Source of the DNA: Eubacteriales bacterium
GTDB lineage: Bacteria > Bacillota > Clostridia > Oscillospirales > CAG-272
DNA length: 24,000 nucleotides
Direction of reading: 5' to 3'
Assembly (NCBI GenBank): GCA_045538195.1
Contig: JAZSRA010000065.1
Coordinates: forward strand, 1 to 24,000
In this document: positions 16,384 through 23,457 of the stretch, piece after piece
Layout of the letters: each line of letters starts with the position of its first letter
How positions within the stretch are numbered: the first letter of the stretch is position 1
Notes under the pieces: model-generated
Database searches by the model: none
What the model was told of the DNA's origin: nothing
Seen by the model: the letters and a program-made list of their open reading frames with translations, nothing else
Translations under genes and position numbers: made by a program

Positions 16384-17202
16384 TTATTTCTTTACAAAAT
16401 TTTTGCCTATGACACTACCGCCGTCAACGAGTACGTCTACACCGGCAAGATAACCGTTTCTCTCGTCTGCGACGGTCGCGATTGCAAATCCAAGCTCCTC
16501 CGGCTTGCCCATACGTCTTTCAGCCGTTGTATCCAAAAGGCTTCCGCCTTCCTCCGCCTCAAGGTTGCCCATGTCGGTTGCGATCAGTCCCGGACTGAGA
16601 GAACAGACGCGGATTCCCTTAGGACCAAGCTCGTAAGCGGATTTTGCCGCATACCAGATAACGAACTTTTTGGAAAGACCGTAAGCAAGTCCTGATGCCT
16701 TATAGCCTTTAAGCTTGTTAGGCAGAGCGAGAATCTTTTTGAGAAACTTTGCCTCGTCCTTATCGGCAAGAGCAAAGGTCTTTTTGCTTGCAAGGAAATT
16801 CGGAAGTATATATGCTGAGTTGGAAGAAACGTCAACGATAACGCTTCCCGCACCCATCAATTTTGAAAATTCTTCATTGACATAGACGGTTCCGAGAGCG
16901 TTTACTCTCATAATCTTTTCAGGCTCTGCCATAGCAGGAGAGAGTCCTGCGGAATTGATGACGTTTTTGATCTCACCAAGGCTTACTGCGTATTCGGCAA
17001 GCTCACGGACCTGCTCTCTTACAGAGGTGTCGCAGGTCTTGGCGTATGCCTCATATCCGAGAGATTCCAGCTCCTTCACTGCATTTTCAAGCTTGGAGAG
17101 AGTTCTTCCGGTCACGACGATAATTTTGTCCTTGGGCATGCACTTGGCAGCGGCAAGACCCATTCCGCTTCCACCACCAGTTATCACGCATACAGTTTTC
17201 AT
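16384..17202 (-). CDS. Short-chain dehydrogenase/reductase (SDR) family oxidoreductase
   Basis: VCVITGGGSGMGLAAAK (TGxxxGxG), NSAG and YGLSKK (YxxxK). RBS AAGAGGAAA. Confidence 0.85.
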   Translation of the reverse strand: MKTVCVITGGGSGMGLAAAKCMPKDKIIVVTGRTLSKLENAVKELESLGYEAYAKTCDTSVREQVRELAEYAVSLGEIKNVINSAGLSPAMAEPEKIMRVNALGTVYVNEEFSKLMGAGSVIVDVSSNSAYILPNFLASKKTFALADKDEAKFLKKILALPNKLKGYKASGLAYGLSKKFVIWYAAKSAYELGPKGIRVCSLSPGLIATDMGNLEAEEGGSLLDTTAERRMGKPEELGFAIATVADERNGYLAGVDVLVDGGSVIGKNFVKK

Positions 17203-17251
17203 TCGTTTTCCTCTTTTCTGTCATTGAAAATTTTAATGAAAAGCGCCAGGA

Positions 17252-17291
17252 CATCTCTGAGCGATCATTGCACGATTAGCTGTCAGAGATG
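17252..17291 (-). other. Strong hairpin between adh and the SDR gene (weak terminator or attenuator candidate)
   Basis: CATCTCTGA (17252-17260) / TCAGAGATG (17283-17291) with a 22-nt loop. On the minus strand a T-run begins only about 8 nt after the stem. Confidence 0.35.
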
Positions 17292-17365
17292 CCTTTTCGA
17301 TTATTTCAACAATTCTCGATGTGTCAACAATCTTGAATTAATAAATAATATTTAATACGCCTATA

Positions 17366-18583
17366 TTAGAAATCAACTTCTGTGTCGTAGTAGCAGCACT
17401 TGAGAAGCTTTTCCATTTCCTCGACAGAGATTGCTCTGGGGTTGGAGCCTGTGCAAGCGTCTGCAACTGCGTTCTTTGCGATCTCGGGAAGTCTCTCAAG
17501 GAAGATGTTCTCGGGAACAAATCCGTTCTCGCAGGGGAGGCTGTCAAGACCGTAGTTTTTGATGCACTGAGGAATGTTGAGCGCGTCGTTCATACCACGG
17601 AGGTAAGCGATGAGGTTTGCAACCTTTTCGTCATCGTTAGCGCCGCCAAGACCCATGTAATCAGCAATAACACCGTAACGCTTCTTTGCGGTCTCGTCCT
17701 TTGCATTGAAAGCGATAACCTTAGGAAGGTACATAGCGTTTGCCGCACCGTGGATAATGTGTGCGCCGAGGTCCTCGAAGATAGCACCGGTCTTGTGTGC
17801 CATGGAGTGAACGATACCGAGAAGAGCGTTGGAGAACGCCATACCTGCAAGGCACTGAGCGTTGTGCATGGATGCGCGCTTAGTCATATCGCCGTTGTAG
17901 GATTCAACGAGGTTGTCCTGGATCATCTTGATAGCGAAGATCGCGAGAGGATCGGTGAACTCGCAGTTAGCGGTGGAAACGTATGCCTCGATCGCGTGGG
18001 TCATAGCGTCCATACCGGTGTGAGCGGTGAGCTTCTTAGGCATGGTCTCAGCAAGCTCGGGGTCAACGATCGCAACGTCGGGAGTAATCTCGAAATCAGC
18101 GAGAGGATACTTGATACCCTTGTTATAGTCGGTGATAACAGAGAAGGCGGTAACCTCGGTAGCAGTACCGGAAGTGGAAGGAATTGCAACAAAGCGAGCC
18201 TTCTTACGAAGCTCGGGAATACCGAATACTACGCACATTTCCTCGAAAGTGATCTCGGGATACTCGTACTTGATCCACATAGCCTTTGCAGCGTCGATGG
18301 GCGAACCGCCGCCGATTGCAACGATCCAGTCGGGCTGGAACTTCAGCATAGCCTCAGCACCCTTCATAACGGTGTCAACGGAAGGATCGGGTTCGATACC
18401 TTCAAAGAGTTCAACCTCCATGCCTGCTTCCTTGAGGTAGGAAACGACCTTGTCAAGGAAACCGAAGCGCTTCATAGAACCGCCACCTACGCAAACCATT
18501 GCGCGCTCTCCCTTAAGATTCTTCAGCGCTTCAAGAGCGCCCTTGCCATGATAAAGATCACGGGGTAATGTAAAACGTGCCAT
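17366..18583 (-). CDS. Iron-containing (group III) alcohol dehydrogenase
   Basis: VAIGGGSPIDAAKAMW, FVAIPSTSGTATEVT and His-rich metal-site segments (HTGMDAMTHAIEAY, VHSMAHKTG). RBS AAGGAG. Confidence 0.9.
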   Translation of the reverse strand: MARFTLPRDLYHGKGALEALKNLKGERAMVCVGGGSMKRFGFLDKVVSYLKEAGMEVELFEGIEPDPSVDTVMKGAEAMLKFQPDWIVAIGGGSPIDAAKAMWIKYEYPEITFEEMCVVFGIPELRKKARFVAIPSTSGTATEVTAFSVITDYNKGIKYPLADFEITPDVAIVDPELAETMPKKLTAHTGMDAMTHAIEAYVSTANCEFTDPLAIFAIKMIQDNLVESYNGDMTKRASMHNAQCLAGMAFSNALLGIVHSMAHKTGAIFEDLGAHIIHGAANAMYLPKVIAFNAKDETAKKRYGVIADYMGLGGANDDEKVANLIAYLRGMNDALNIPQCIKNYGLDSLPCENGFVPENIFLERLPEIAKNAVADACTGSNPRAISVEEMEKLLKCCYYDTEVDF

Positions 18584-18656
18584 AACTTTTCTCCTTATAT
18601 GTGATATATTTTTTTAATCTGGTGCTTACATTATAACACAGTTTTTGGCTTGTGTA

Positions 18657-18696
18657 AATAACTAAAATGTTATATCGGTATTATCAATATCGATAT
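18657..18696 (-). promoter_or_regulatory. Copy B of the 40-bp conserved promoter/operator block, upstream of adh
   Basis: AATAACTAAAATGTTATATCGGTATTATCAATATCGATAT. The minus strand gives TTGATA (18708-18703), a 17-nt spacer, then GATAAT (18685-18680). The block is 74-113 nt upstream of the adh ATG. Confidence 0.55.
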
Positions 18697-18748
18697 AATC
18701 TATATCAATAGCAAACAAGTCTGCGTTTCCGCAAAGCCATCACATTTT

Positions 18749-19672
18749 TTATTTAAGATATTTTCTCCTCGAGTCGCAAAGCTCGGCAATGAACTGATTA
18801 TCAAGCTTCGATAGCTTGTATCCTTCGCGAAAGATCAGAACGTCCTTGTATATTTTTTTGTTATCAACGCACTTTTTCTGAACCAGACCGTATCTGTCCA
18901 ATATCTTTTGCGATGCAGGAGATACCCACATAAACGTATTGGGATTTTCGGAGAGCAGATCGAACTGACTTGCTCGTTCAAACACAAAGATTCTTTGATC
19001 CACCTTGTTAGGAAGCTCCTCACGGAACACCTTGGACATAGAAAGCGTAGGAACGTAAGGATCTGCGTGTGCAATCTCGATATAGTCGGAAAGATCTTCG
19101 TAAGTGATAGTTTCCTTCGTAGCGAGAGGGTTGTCCTTACTCATAAGAAGAACATAGGAGAACTCTGCCACAAGCTCATAAGAAAGCCCTTTTTCCTCAA
19201 GCATATCCTTGTAATATTTATCATAGTTATCCGAGTAACGAATGATACCGAGCTTGTATTCGTTTTCGAGAAGCTTTTTTATTGTTTTTTTAGAGTTGGT
19301 TTCCTTGTAGTATATTTCTACGGGAGTATCTCCGATGTTTTTTGAAAATTCCGCCATCGCTGCAGAGATATAGCACGCGCGAGGAACAGAGATTGAAAAC
19401 TTACGCTTTTTATGCGAGCCGTCACGGTAGGACTGCTCGATCTTATCAATACGGTGAAGAATATCACGCGCATAATCCATAAACTCCTCACCATCGGGGG
19501 TCAAAACCATTCCCTTTGCGCTTCGTTGGAATATGGTAATTCCAAGATCCGCTTCAAGCTCCTTGATAGAGCGGCTGATGTTCGGTTGTGCAATCATAAG
19601 CGTTTCCGCTGCCTTGTTCAGAGAACCGAGCCTTGCCACTTCAACAGCGTATTTCACGTGAAGTATATTCAT
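18749..19672 (-). CDS. LysR-family transcriptional regulator
   Basis: N-terminal HTH MNILHVKYAVEVARLGSLNKAAETLMIAQPNISRSIKELEADLGITIFQRSAKGMVLTPDGEEF. The track start at 19678 is TTG; ATG at 19672 has GGAGAGGAG 7 nt upstream. Confidence 0.9.
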   Translation of the reverse strand: MNILHVKYAVEVARLGSLNKAAETLMIAQPNISRSIKELEADLGITIFQRSAKGMVLTPDGEEFMDYARDILHRIDKIEQSYRDGSHKKRKFSISVPRACYISAAMAEFSKNIGDTPVEIYYKETNSKKTIKKLLENEYKLGIIRYSDNYDKYYKDMLEEKGLSYELVAEFSYVLLMSKDNPLATKETITYEDLSDYIEIAHADPYVPTLSMSKVFREELPNKVDQRIFVFERASQFDLLSENPNTFMWVSPASQKILDRYGLVQKKCVDNKKIYKDVLIFREGYKLSKLDNQFIAELCDSRRKYLK

Positions 19673-19801
19673 AAACAAGTTCTCCTCTCCATACTAAACT
19701 TGCATATTTTTTGTCAAATCACAAACGCAACTCGGACTGCCCGCACGCGAGCAGCTGTTGCAATAAATTGAGTTTGAATTTAGTTCAACCACATATTACA
19801 T

Positions 19802-19830
19802 ATTATATCACAAAAAAGCTAATAATTCAA
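19802..19830 (-). promoter_or_regulatory. Promoter candidate for the LysR gene
   Basis: Minus strand reads TTGAAT (19830-19825), a 17-nt spacer ending in TGA (extended -10 TG), then TATAAT (19807-19802). Confidence 0.55.
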
Positions 19831-20122
19831 GGTATTTATTTCATTTAGTTCAATCAATATGATAAAAACAACACCAACAGGTGTGTTCCGGCTGCCCAAT
19901 GGCATGCGGGGGCTTTGGATACGTCTTCATGCCGGATATCAAACAGAAGGACATCAGGCGGCAACAAGGACGAGAACATCAAAAAGATATGCCTAAAATG
20001 AAGATCGACGACGATGAGATCGTTTCATTCAGCGTCAAGGAAACTGACGCTTAAGATCAATACTTCAAGAGCACTAATGCTGAAACAGCTTATCTGCTCG
20101 GTCGGTGTTGCGGCTTACGTAC

Positions 20123-20154
20123 AAAATCTCCCGCACCGAAGTACGGGAGATTTT
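20123..20154. terminator. Bidirectional rho-independent terminator downstream of the surface-protein gene
   Basis: AAAATCTCCCG (20123-20133), loop caccgaagta, CGGGAGATTTT (20144-20154). T-runs follow on both strands. Confidence 0.75.
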
Positions 20155-20215
20155 CTCATTTTAGTTAAATTCAGATTCAGTTAAAATCCAAATCCAAATC
20201 GCTCTGCGAATTAGA

Positions 20216-21850
20216 TTAGTCTTCCTTCTTTTTGAAAGAAACCATGCCTGCAACTGTAGCTACTGCTACGATTGCAATTGCACCGAATCCAACTACGGAA
20301 CCGCATCCGCCTACATCAGCCTTATCGGTCTCGTCAGCATTGGGTTCTGTTGTCTGCTCGGTCTTGTTGGTTTCAACGGTTGTTTCCTCAGCTTCAACAG
20401 TTGTTTCTTCAGTCTCAACAGTCGTCTCTTCAACAGGATCGGTGGTAACGGTCTCGGTCTCCTCTACCCAACCAAGATCCTTTATGGTGTTCTGAACGTA
20501 AACCTCAGCCTCTTCGACAGATCTGAACCAAGCCATATAGAGAACGTCAAACTCGTTCGCGCCGGGAGTAGAAACGTCAATACCGTTAGCGTAATAACGC
20601 GCACCGTTGATACGGCCGGTTGCTTCAAAGGAAGCGTCGGTAGTCATATCAAAATAGAAATAGAGGTATGTATCATCGCCGATCACATAGGCGTTGTCGC
20701 ACATATTAAGCTCGTAAATAGTACATTGCGATCCGGCAACAATTGTGTCACCCGTGAGCATACGAACGTCAACGGACTCGTTAGCATAGCATGTACCATC
20801 CTCGGAACCACAGGTGCAGAAATTTCTCATAAGAATAATGCCAATGGGGAAATCCTCAATTGCATAGGAAATTTCATTTTTAACGTACCATGTACCGGTA
20901 TCAACATTTTCTTGGTGCGCTGCTACGTGAAGAGAGTAGTCCTCGTTAATAGTCAACGAAACGTCGTTAGCAGGCTTAGGATCAGACTTAAGATCGGAAG
21001 CCTCTTTGTTACCGTTCATAAGGATAGCGGGCTGATTTGCGGGAACCGTGCTTGCATCAGCGATGGGTGCATTTTCAGCAGAATTATTCTGAACGTCCTG
21101 TGAATCCTCCCCCATAGGAACGGTGGCATTGTCAGCCGATGTACCGAACTTGGTGACGGTCATTTCAACTGTACCACCAGTCACACTGTTCTGCGCACAG
21201 ATACCAATGTAAGCTTCACTGTCGTTGCCGCCCCACTTTTCGTTCATATAAGTGATAACCGCTTCCGGCGCTACTGCGCCGTTAATGTCAACTGCGTATG
21301 TTGAGCCGTCCCAAGTAACAGTAAGAGTAATAACATTCTTTCCGTCCTCAGTCTTCTGGTTCTTCTCGTCAACCATCATCACACCGGATGTGCCGGTGAA
21401 ATTACGGATGTGATAGTTGTTTACCTTAGTTAAATTACCATCAGTTGCACGAATGAGGGTCTGAACACCTTCACCATAGCCCTCTACGGGGGGCTCGATC
21501 ATTGCGGAATCCCAAATATTGATATTGAACCACTGGTCAGCGGCTTCATAAGAGAAGTTGTCGATTCTGACTTGGAAGTAAACGCCATCCTTGAGGTCAA
21601 CCTTTTCCTTGGTCTGGATGTGAGCCCAAGGAGTCTGACCGGTCCAATCTGCGGGAATCTGGTGGAGACCGTCATCGGTGTATTCATAACCGGCAACGGA
21701 CTTGGGGTCACCGTCGTAACCGTCTGCGTACTGAGATGCAGGTCCGTATACAGTCCACTGACCGTCAACTGCTGCTGCAGGAACGATTAAAACTACTGCC
21801 ATAGAAAGAAGCATCATAATCGCAAGTGATGTTGCTATAAGCTTTTTCAT
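20216..21850 (-). CDS. Secreted surface protein: signal peptide, unassigned roughly 450-aa domain(s), Thr/Glu repeat stalk, C-terminal GGCGS + TM + KKKED anchor
   Basis: ATG at 21850 (MKKLIATSLAIMMLLSMAVVLIVPAAAVDGQ) with AAGGAG RBS; the track's upstream start lacks an RBS. C-terminus: EETTVETEETTVEAEETTVETNKTEQTTEPNADETDKADVGGCGSVVGFGAIAIVAVATVAGMVSFKKKED. No LPXTG motif. Confidence 0.75.
   Translation of the reverse strand: MKKLIATSLAIMMLLSMAVVLIVPAAAVDGQWTVYGPASQYADGYDGDPKSVAGYEYTDDGLHQIPADWTGQTPWAHIQTKEKVDLKDGVYFQVRIDNFSYEAADQWFNINIWDSAMIEPPVEGYGEGVQTLIRATDGNLTKVNNYHIRNFTGTSGVMMVDEKNQKTEDGKNVITLTVTWDGSTYAVDINGAVAPEAVITYMNEKWGGNDSEAYIGICAQNSVTGGTVEMTVTKFGTSADNATVPMGEDSQDVQNNSAENAPIADASTVPANQPAILMNGNKEASDLKSDPKPANDVSLTINEDYSLHVAAHQENVDTGTWYVKNEISYAIEDFPIGIILMRNFCTCGSEDGTCYANESVDVRMLTGDTIVAGSQCTIYELNMCDNAYVIGDDTYLYFYFDMTTDASFEATGRINGARYYANGIDVSTPGANEFDVLYMAWFRSVEEAEVYVQNTIKDLGWVEETETVTTDPVEETTVETEETTVEAEETTVETNKTEQTTEPNADETDKADVGGCGSVVGFGAIAIVAVATVAGMVSFKKKED
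20372..20434 (-). repeat. 3 x 21-bp in-frame tandem repeat encoding the EETTVE(T/A) heptads
   Basis: Plus-strand units are TTCAACGGTTGTTTCCTCAGC, TTCAACAGTTGTTTCTTCAGT and CTCAACAGTCGTCTCTTCAAC. Confidence 0.7.
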
Positions 21851-21923
21851 AAGAAATCTCCTTATAAAATGATTTTTTATGAAAGAATCGGTGCTAAATC
21901 GCACTACACTCTTTCATATGCTC

Positions 21924-21952
21924 ATGATATCACAATTATTCAAAAAAGTCAA
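21924..21952 (-). promoter_or_regulatory. Promoter candidate for the surface-protein gene
   Basis: Minus strand reads TTGACT (21952-21947), a 17-nt spacer, then TATCAT (21929-21924). Confidence 0.55.
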
Positions 21953-21957
21953 GGCAC

Positions 21958-21993
21958 ATTTTGGACAAATCAATTATATATTTTGGACATCAA
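21958..21993 (-). promoter_or_regulatory. Tandem direct repeats abutting the -35 of the surface-protein promoter
   Basis: ATTTTGGACAAATCAA (21958-21973) and ATTTTGGACATCAA (21980-21993) start 22 bp apart. The proximal copy ends 5 bp from the -35. Confidence 0.4.
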
Positions 21994-22049
21994 ATACATA
22001 TTCGTGACAAATCGATAGCGAATTTTTGTCGCTTTAGCCCAAAAAGCTT

Positions 22050-22661
22050 CTCCAACGAGAGTTCTTCCCCGCGCACTCTTCAAAGAATCGAGCAGCTGAA
22101 ATCTAATCCACCTCTCACACCACCGTACGTGCCGTTCGGCATACGGCGGTTCGCTTCTCTATCTCATACTGCTTCAACGCTTCTGCTCTTAGTTCTCTAA
22201 CCTAAGACTTCCCGCATTTTGCCTCATATACGTTTAGGCTACTTTGCGTATCGGTTTTGAGCAGAACATAAAACGATTTTTTCTTTCATCTTTTATTTGT
22301 ATTTGTATCTCAGTATTGGAGTGCAAAAAGTTCCACTTTTAAAACTTCCATTTCACCTTCCATTTTTCCTTTTCAAGCACCCTCAAAATTCCATAAAAGT
22401 TCCATAGTTTTAGTGAAAAGAAAGCCTATTTTGAGCCTTATAAAGCAAAAAAAGAAGAGCAGACCGAAGTCTGCCCCTCATGGCTTTAAGCCTTATGTTT
22501 ATTAGGTTTTCTATATCAGCCGAAGTATCTCGCAAGCAGGCCTTCGAATGCCTTGCCGTGTCTTGCTCATCGCCAAAGCTTCTCGTGGTCTTTGAGGGAG
22601 AAAGCTTTGCAGTGCAAGGTACGCAACGAGCTTAATTTCAGTAAATAAGAATCTAAAACAC
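22050..22661 (-). mobile_element. ORF-less group II intron-like RNA (class C-like); both boundaries approximate
   Basis: Domain V at 22149-22120 (see next feature). Upstream minus-strand stretches resemble domain I elements (GGCGAUGAG, CUGAUAUAG, two AUAAGGCU, and a UUCG-capped hairpin GGGCAGAC-UUCG-GUCUGC). 5' end candidates are GTGTT at 22661, directly after the T-tract of the XRE terminator, or GTTGCG at 22627. There is no ORF of 60 aa or more on the minus strand, so no reverse transcriptase. Confidence 0.6.
22120..22149 (-). ncRNA. Group II intron domain V (catalytic hairpin), short class-C form with a CGC triad
   Basis: Minus strand reads CCGCCGUAU-GCC-GAAC-GGC-AC-GUACGGUGG. This gives a 9-bp lower helix including the G.U of the triad, a 2-nt AC bulge, and a 3-bp upper helix with a 4-nt loop. 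The flanks GAA...UGUGAGAGG are as in class C introns. Confidence 0.8.
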
Positions 22662-22665
22662 AAAC

Positions 22666-22700
22666 AAAAAGAGAGACCTGCCACAAGGTCTCTCTTATTT
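22666..22700. terminator. Bidirectional rho-independent terminator overlapping the XRE stop codon
   Basis: AAGAGAGACC (22669-22678), loop tgccacaa, GGTCTCTCTT (22687-22696). On the minus strand it is followed by TTTTGTTTGTGTTTT. Confidence 0.7.
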
Positions 22701-22937
22701 TATTTCCTGTTCCAACCCATCGAATATCGGCGAGGTAAAAAACTGCGCCATTGTTATCTCAAGTCCGTCACAGATCTTTTTTACAGTCGCAACCGTAGGC
22801 TTGCTTTCCTGTCTGTGCATAATGTTGTTTAAGGTGGACTGCGTCAGACCGCAAATTGTTGAAAGCTTGTTGATCGTAATTTTTCGCTCTCCGCACAATT
22901 CGAGTATTCGCTCTCTTACCGCCTCTCCAATATTCAT
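22695..22937 (-). CDS. XRE-family helix-turn-helix transcriptional regulator (80 aa)
   Basis: MNIGEAVRERILELCGERKITINKLSTICGLTQSTLNNIMHRQESKPTVATVKKICDGLEITMAQFF is the typical HTH_XRE layout. Confidence 0.85.
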   Translation of the reverse strand: MNIGEAVRERILELCGERKITINKLSTICGLTQSTLNNIMHRQESKPTVATVKKICDGLEITMAQFFTSPIFDGLEQEIK

Positions 22938-22995
22938 ATTTAACTAACTCCCCGCAGTGAAAAATTTTTTCTTTCATTATTATATTACCCCATTT

Positions 22996-23014
22996 GAGTT
23001 AAAAAGGTTAACTC
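22996..23014. promoter_or_regulatory. Inverted repeat between the divergent XRE gene and the plus-strand promoter (operator candidate)
   Basis: GAGTTAA-aaagg-TTAACTC, ending 7 bp before the -35 at 23022. Confidence 0.4.
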
Positions 23015-23021
23015 AATAGGG

Positions 23022-23050
23022 TTGACAATTGGAGTTTCTCGTGGTATAAT
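23022..23050 (+). promoter_or_regulatory. Perfect consensus sigma-A promoter with no ORF immediately downstream
   Basis: TTGACA (23022-23027), a 17-nt spacer, then TATAAT (23045-23050). Confidence 0.6.
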
Positions 23051-23428
23051 GTCAACATATTTCAAAATAACCGGTTTTAAAGACGTTTTGACGAAAACCA
23101 ATTGTCAAAACGAAACCGCTACGACTATAATGATTAAAGACCGCAACGAAGAGATCAGGAGCTTCATATCTTATGTGAGTATCCGCTCTTCGTATTCGCG
23201 GTAGCAATGCTCTGTAAGGATGATATTCAACTTAAAAAGTAACAAAATGATTGGAGGCAACAAGAAAAACCAAAAACAGCACCTATTAACACAAACCAAA
23301 AAGAGTCAGAAAAGCAACAACGCGATCTCGTAAAATATTCATCTTGTAATTAATTATGAAAAAAAGCAAGTTAATAATCATCCTTTTCATAAATTTCTCA
23401 CAGTTTTTGTAAAAATCCATTAGATCTA

Positions 23429-23457
23429 TTGACAATTCGCACCATGTGTGATACAAT
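23429..23457 (+). promoter_or_regulatory. Strong promoter with extended -10, upstream of the small ORF and pilin gene
   Basis: TTGACA (23429-23434), a 17-nt spacer ending in TGA, then TACAAT (23452-23457). Confidence 0.6.

Noticed and set aside
19859-20055. GC-richer patch with short ORFs (45-aa MIKTTPTGVFRLPNG...; another frame reads ...CSGCPMACGGFGYVFMPDIKQKD...KMKIDDDEIVSFSVKETDA*)
   Set aside because: It has no RBS, stops in every frame within 60 codons, and no motif I can assign. It is possibly a gene remnant, but that is unsupported.
21961-22200. 79-aa plus-strand ORF
   Set aside because: It lies antisense across the group II intron domain V/VI region and the surface-protein promoter repeats. 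It has no RBS.
22447-22476. GGGCAGAC-UUCG-GUCUGC hairpin plus T7 run on the minus strand, considered as a stand-alone terminator (implying a separate ~170-nt sRNA at 22480-22660)
   Set aside because: This is not excluded. However, the hairpin and the following AUAAGGCU string parallel a domain I substructure of class C group II introns, so I treat it as part of the intron-like RNA. Term-seq would decide.
23022-23204. 60-aa plus-strand ORF
   Set aside because: Its TTG start codon is the first half of the TTGACA -35 hexamer of a perfect promoter, so it cannot be on the transcript.
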